Shown: in pieces, positions 62,755 to 64,000 of the stretch
How the letters are laid out: every line of letters starts with the position of its first letter
Numbering within the stretch: position 1 is the stretch's first letter
Translations under genes and position numbers: made by a program
Source: the human T2T-CHM13v2.0 reference genome, Homo sapiens
Strand: one strand, 5' to 3'
DNA length: 64,000 bases
Assembly (NCBI RefSeq): GCF_009914755.1
Contig: NC_060944.1
Notes under the pieces: model-generated
The model's input: only the letters and a program-made list of their open reading frames with translations
Told to the model about the DNA's origin: nothing
Database searches by the model: none

Positions 62755-63235
62755 TTCATTAGGATGCTTTCAGCAGCAAATAACAGAATACCATAGTACA
62801 AAGGAGCTTCACAATAGAAGGTTATTTTTACTGCACACAGAAAACTCTGTAGGAAGACACTTGTCAGCTTTCCTGTAACTCTTGGCCTTTTCCCCAGTTG
62901 TCAAATGGCTGCCGTAAGTTTAAGCCTCACTCCACACGGAAAGAACTTCCACATGCAGAAAGGGAGATAAGAATACACTTCACACATCTCATCCTCTTGA
63001 CAGAGACAGCACTTTTCCCTGAGCCACCAGATTTCTCTTCTCATGTCTCATTGGCCAAGAGTGATCACATGTTCACACAATGTCCGCAAAGGAGGTGGGG
63101 AAAGCAAGTGTCTATTATCTTTAGCTTTTACTAGGGTAGAATGAAGGGAAGGGATGACAGAAGTAGAAGTTTTCTCATGGGCAAGAAGGTAGGAGGAGGG
63201 AGAAGTTGTTAGTAACTCACACTGCCTGTCCCAAA
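62755..63235 (-). mobile_element. Old MLT1 (MLT1L/N/O-like) LTR
   Basis: ttaggatgctttcagcagcaaataacagaa; tctcattggccaagagtgatcacatg. Confidence 0.6.
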
Positions 63236-63834
63236 CAGTATGTTGAGGAAGATATTTTGATCTCAAACATTTTATATATGAGTCTTCTCATATCTCCCAC
63301 ACTGCTGTAACACCCACATTCATACAGCGAACAACTTTAATGATATTTTATGAATAACAAGTCTGAATTGGGACAAACATAAGTGGATCTATGCAGGTTT
63401 AATGAAGTTCTGAGGACCACTTCATCAGTGATAATGAATAACATAATGAAAGATATCAGCCTAGGATCCCATGGCTTAGCTTAATATACCACCAGGAAAT
63501 AGCTTCCATTCTTATTTAAACACACGTATGTTTTGATATACATGCCTATGTGTCTTTATATGTATTTCTACTCAATTGAAAGAATTGCAACTGCCAGTAT
63601 TTTATTTTACTATCATTTTAAACTTCATATTAAAGCAAACCCCTTTTAACGTTGTTCAGATGTAATAAGACGTAGTGTAGTGATCTTTAAAATAGTGTTT
63701 GTGGTACTCTAAGATTCGTTGAAGCCAGTGGATGGAGTGGAGTGGAGGCAGCCATTGTCATCTATTTGATTTGGAACTAAGATAATTCCACTTAAAAATC
63801 TATTTGTAAAATGAATTCTATGGGTAAGAAAAAC

Positions 63835-64000
63835 TCTTTAGTGGAAAGAGTTTATAATTTGGAGTTAGAATGTGATTTGATTCTAAAACTGCCATTTACT
63901 AGCATGCCAGGGAACTATGGATGAGTTAGAACTCATTCCCCCATAATGGTATTTTAATGTTGTAGAACCCATGAATTTTGGGAGATAAGAGGGTTTGCAA
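63835..64000 (+). mobile_element. MIR fragment
   Basis: tagtggaaagag..tttggagttagaa..ctgccatttactagc. Confidence 0.5.

Overview
This window is primate (most likely human/hominoid) AT-rich, repeat-dense non-coding DNA, either intergenic or deep intronic. I can support no protein-coding gene, RNA gene or prokaryote-type system. About half of the sequence is recognisable transposable-element debris: a ~10 kb minus-strand ERVL provirus with both MLT2 LTRs (40278-50233) and six nested insertions, a full-length THE1A element with a 304-codon internal ORF, two 5'-inverted (twin-primed) L1PA insertions, old L1M/L2/MIR/MaLR fragments, five Alus and several DNA-transposon MITEs. The most interesting observations are: (i) an MLT1A LTR split by an L1MA that appears to carry a ~780 bp 3' transduction; (ii) three separate short local inverted (templated) duplications; (iii) a CpG-retaining unique element at ~15.5-15.9 kb with a CRE, CCAAT boxes and an exon-like minus-strand frame; (iv) a recent 84/80 bp tandem duplication; (v) a CTCF core-plus-upstream motif. 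Subfamily names come from recall of consensus sequences and need RepeatMasker/Dfam confirmation. I found no convincing novel biological system.
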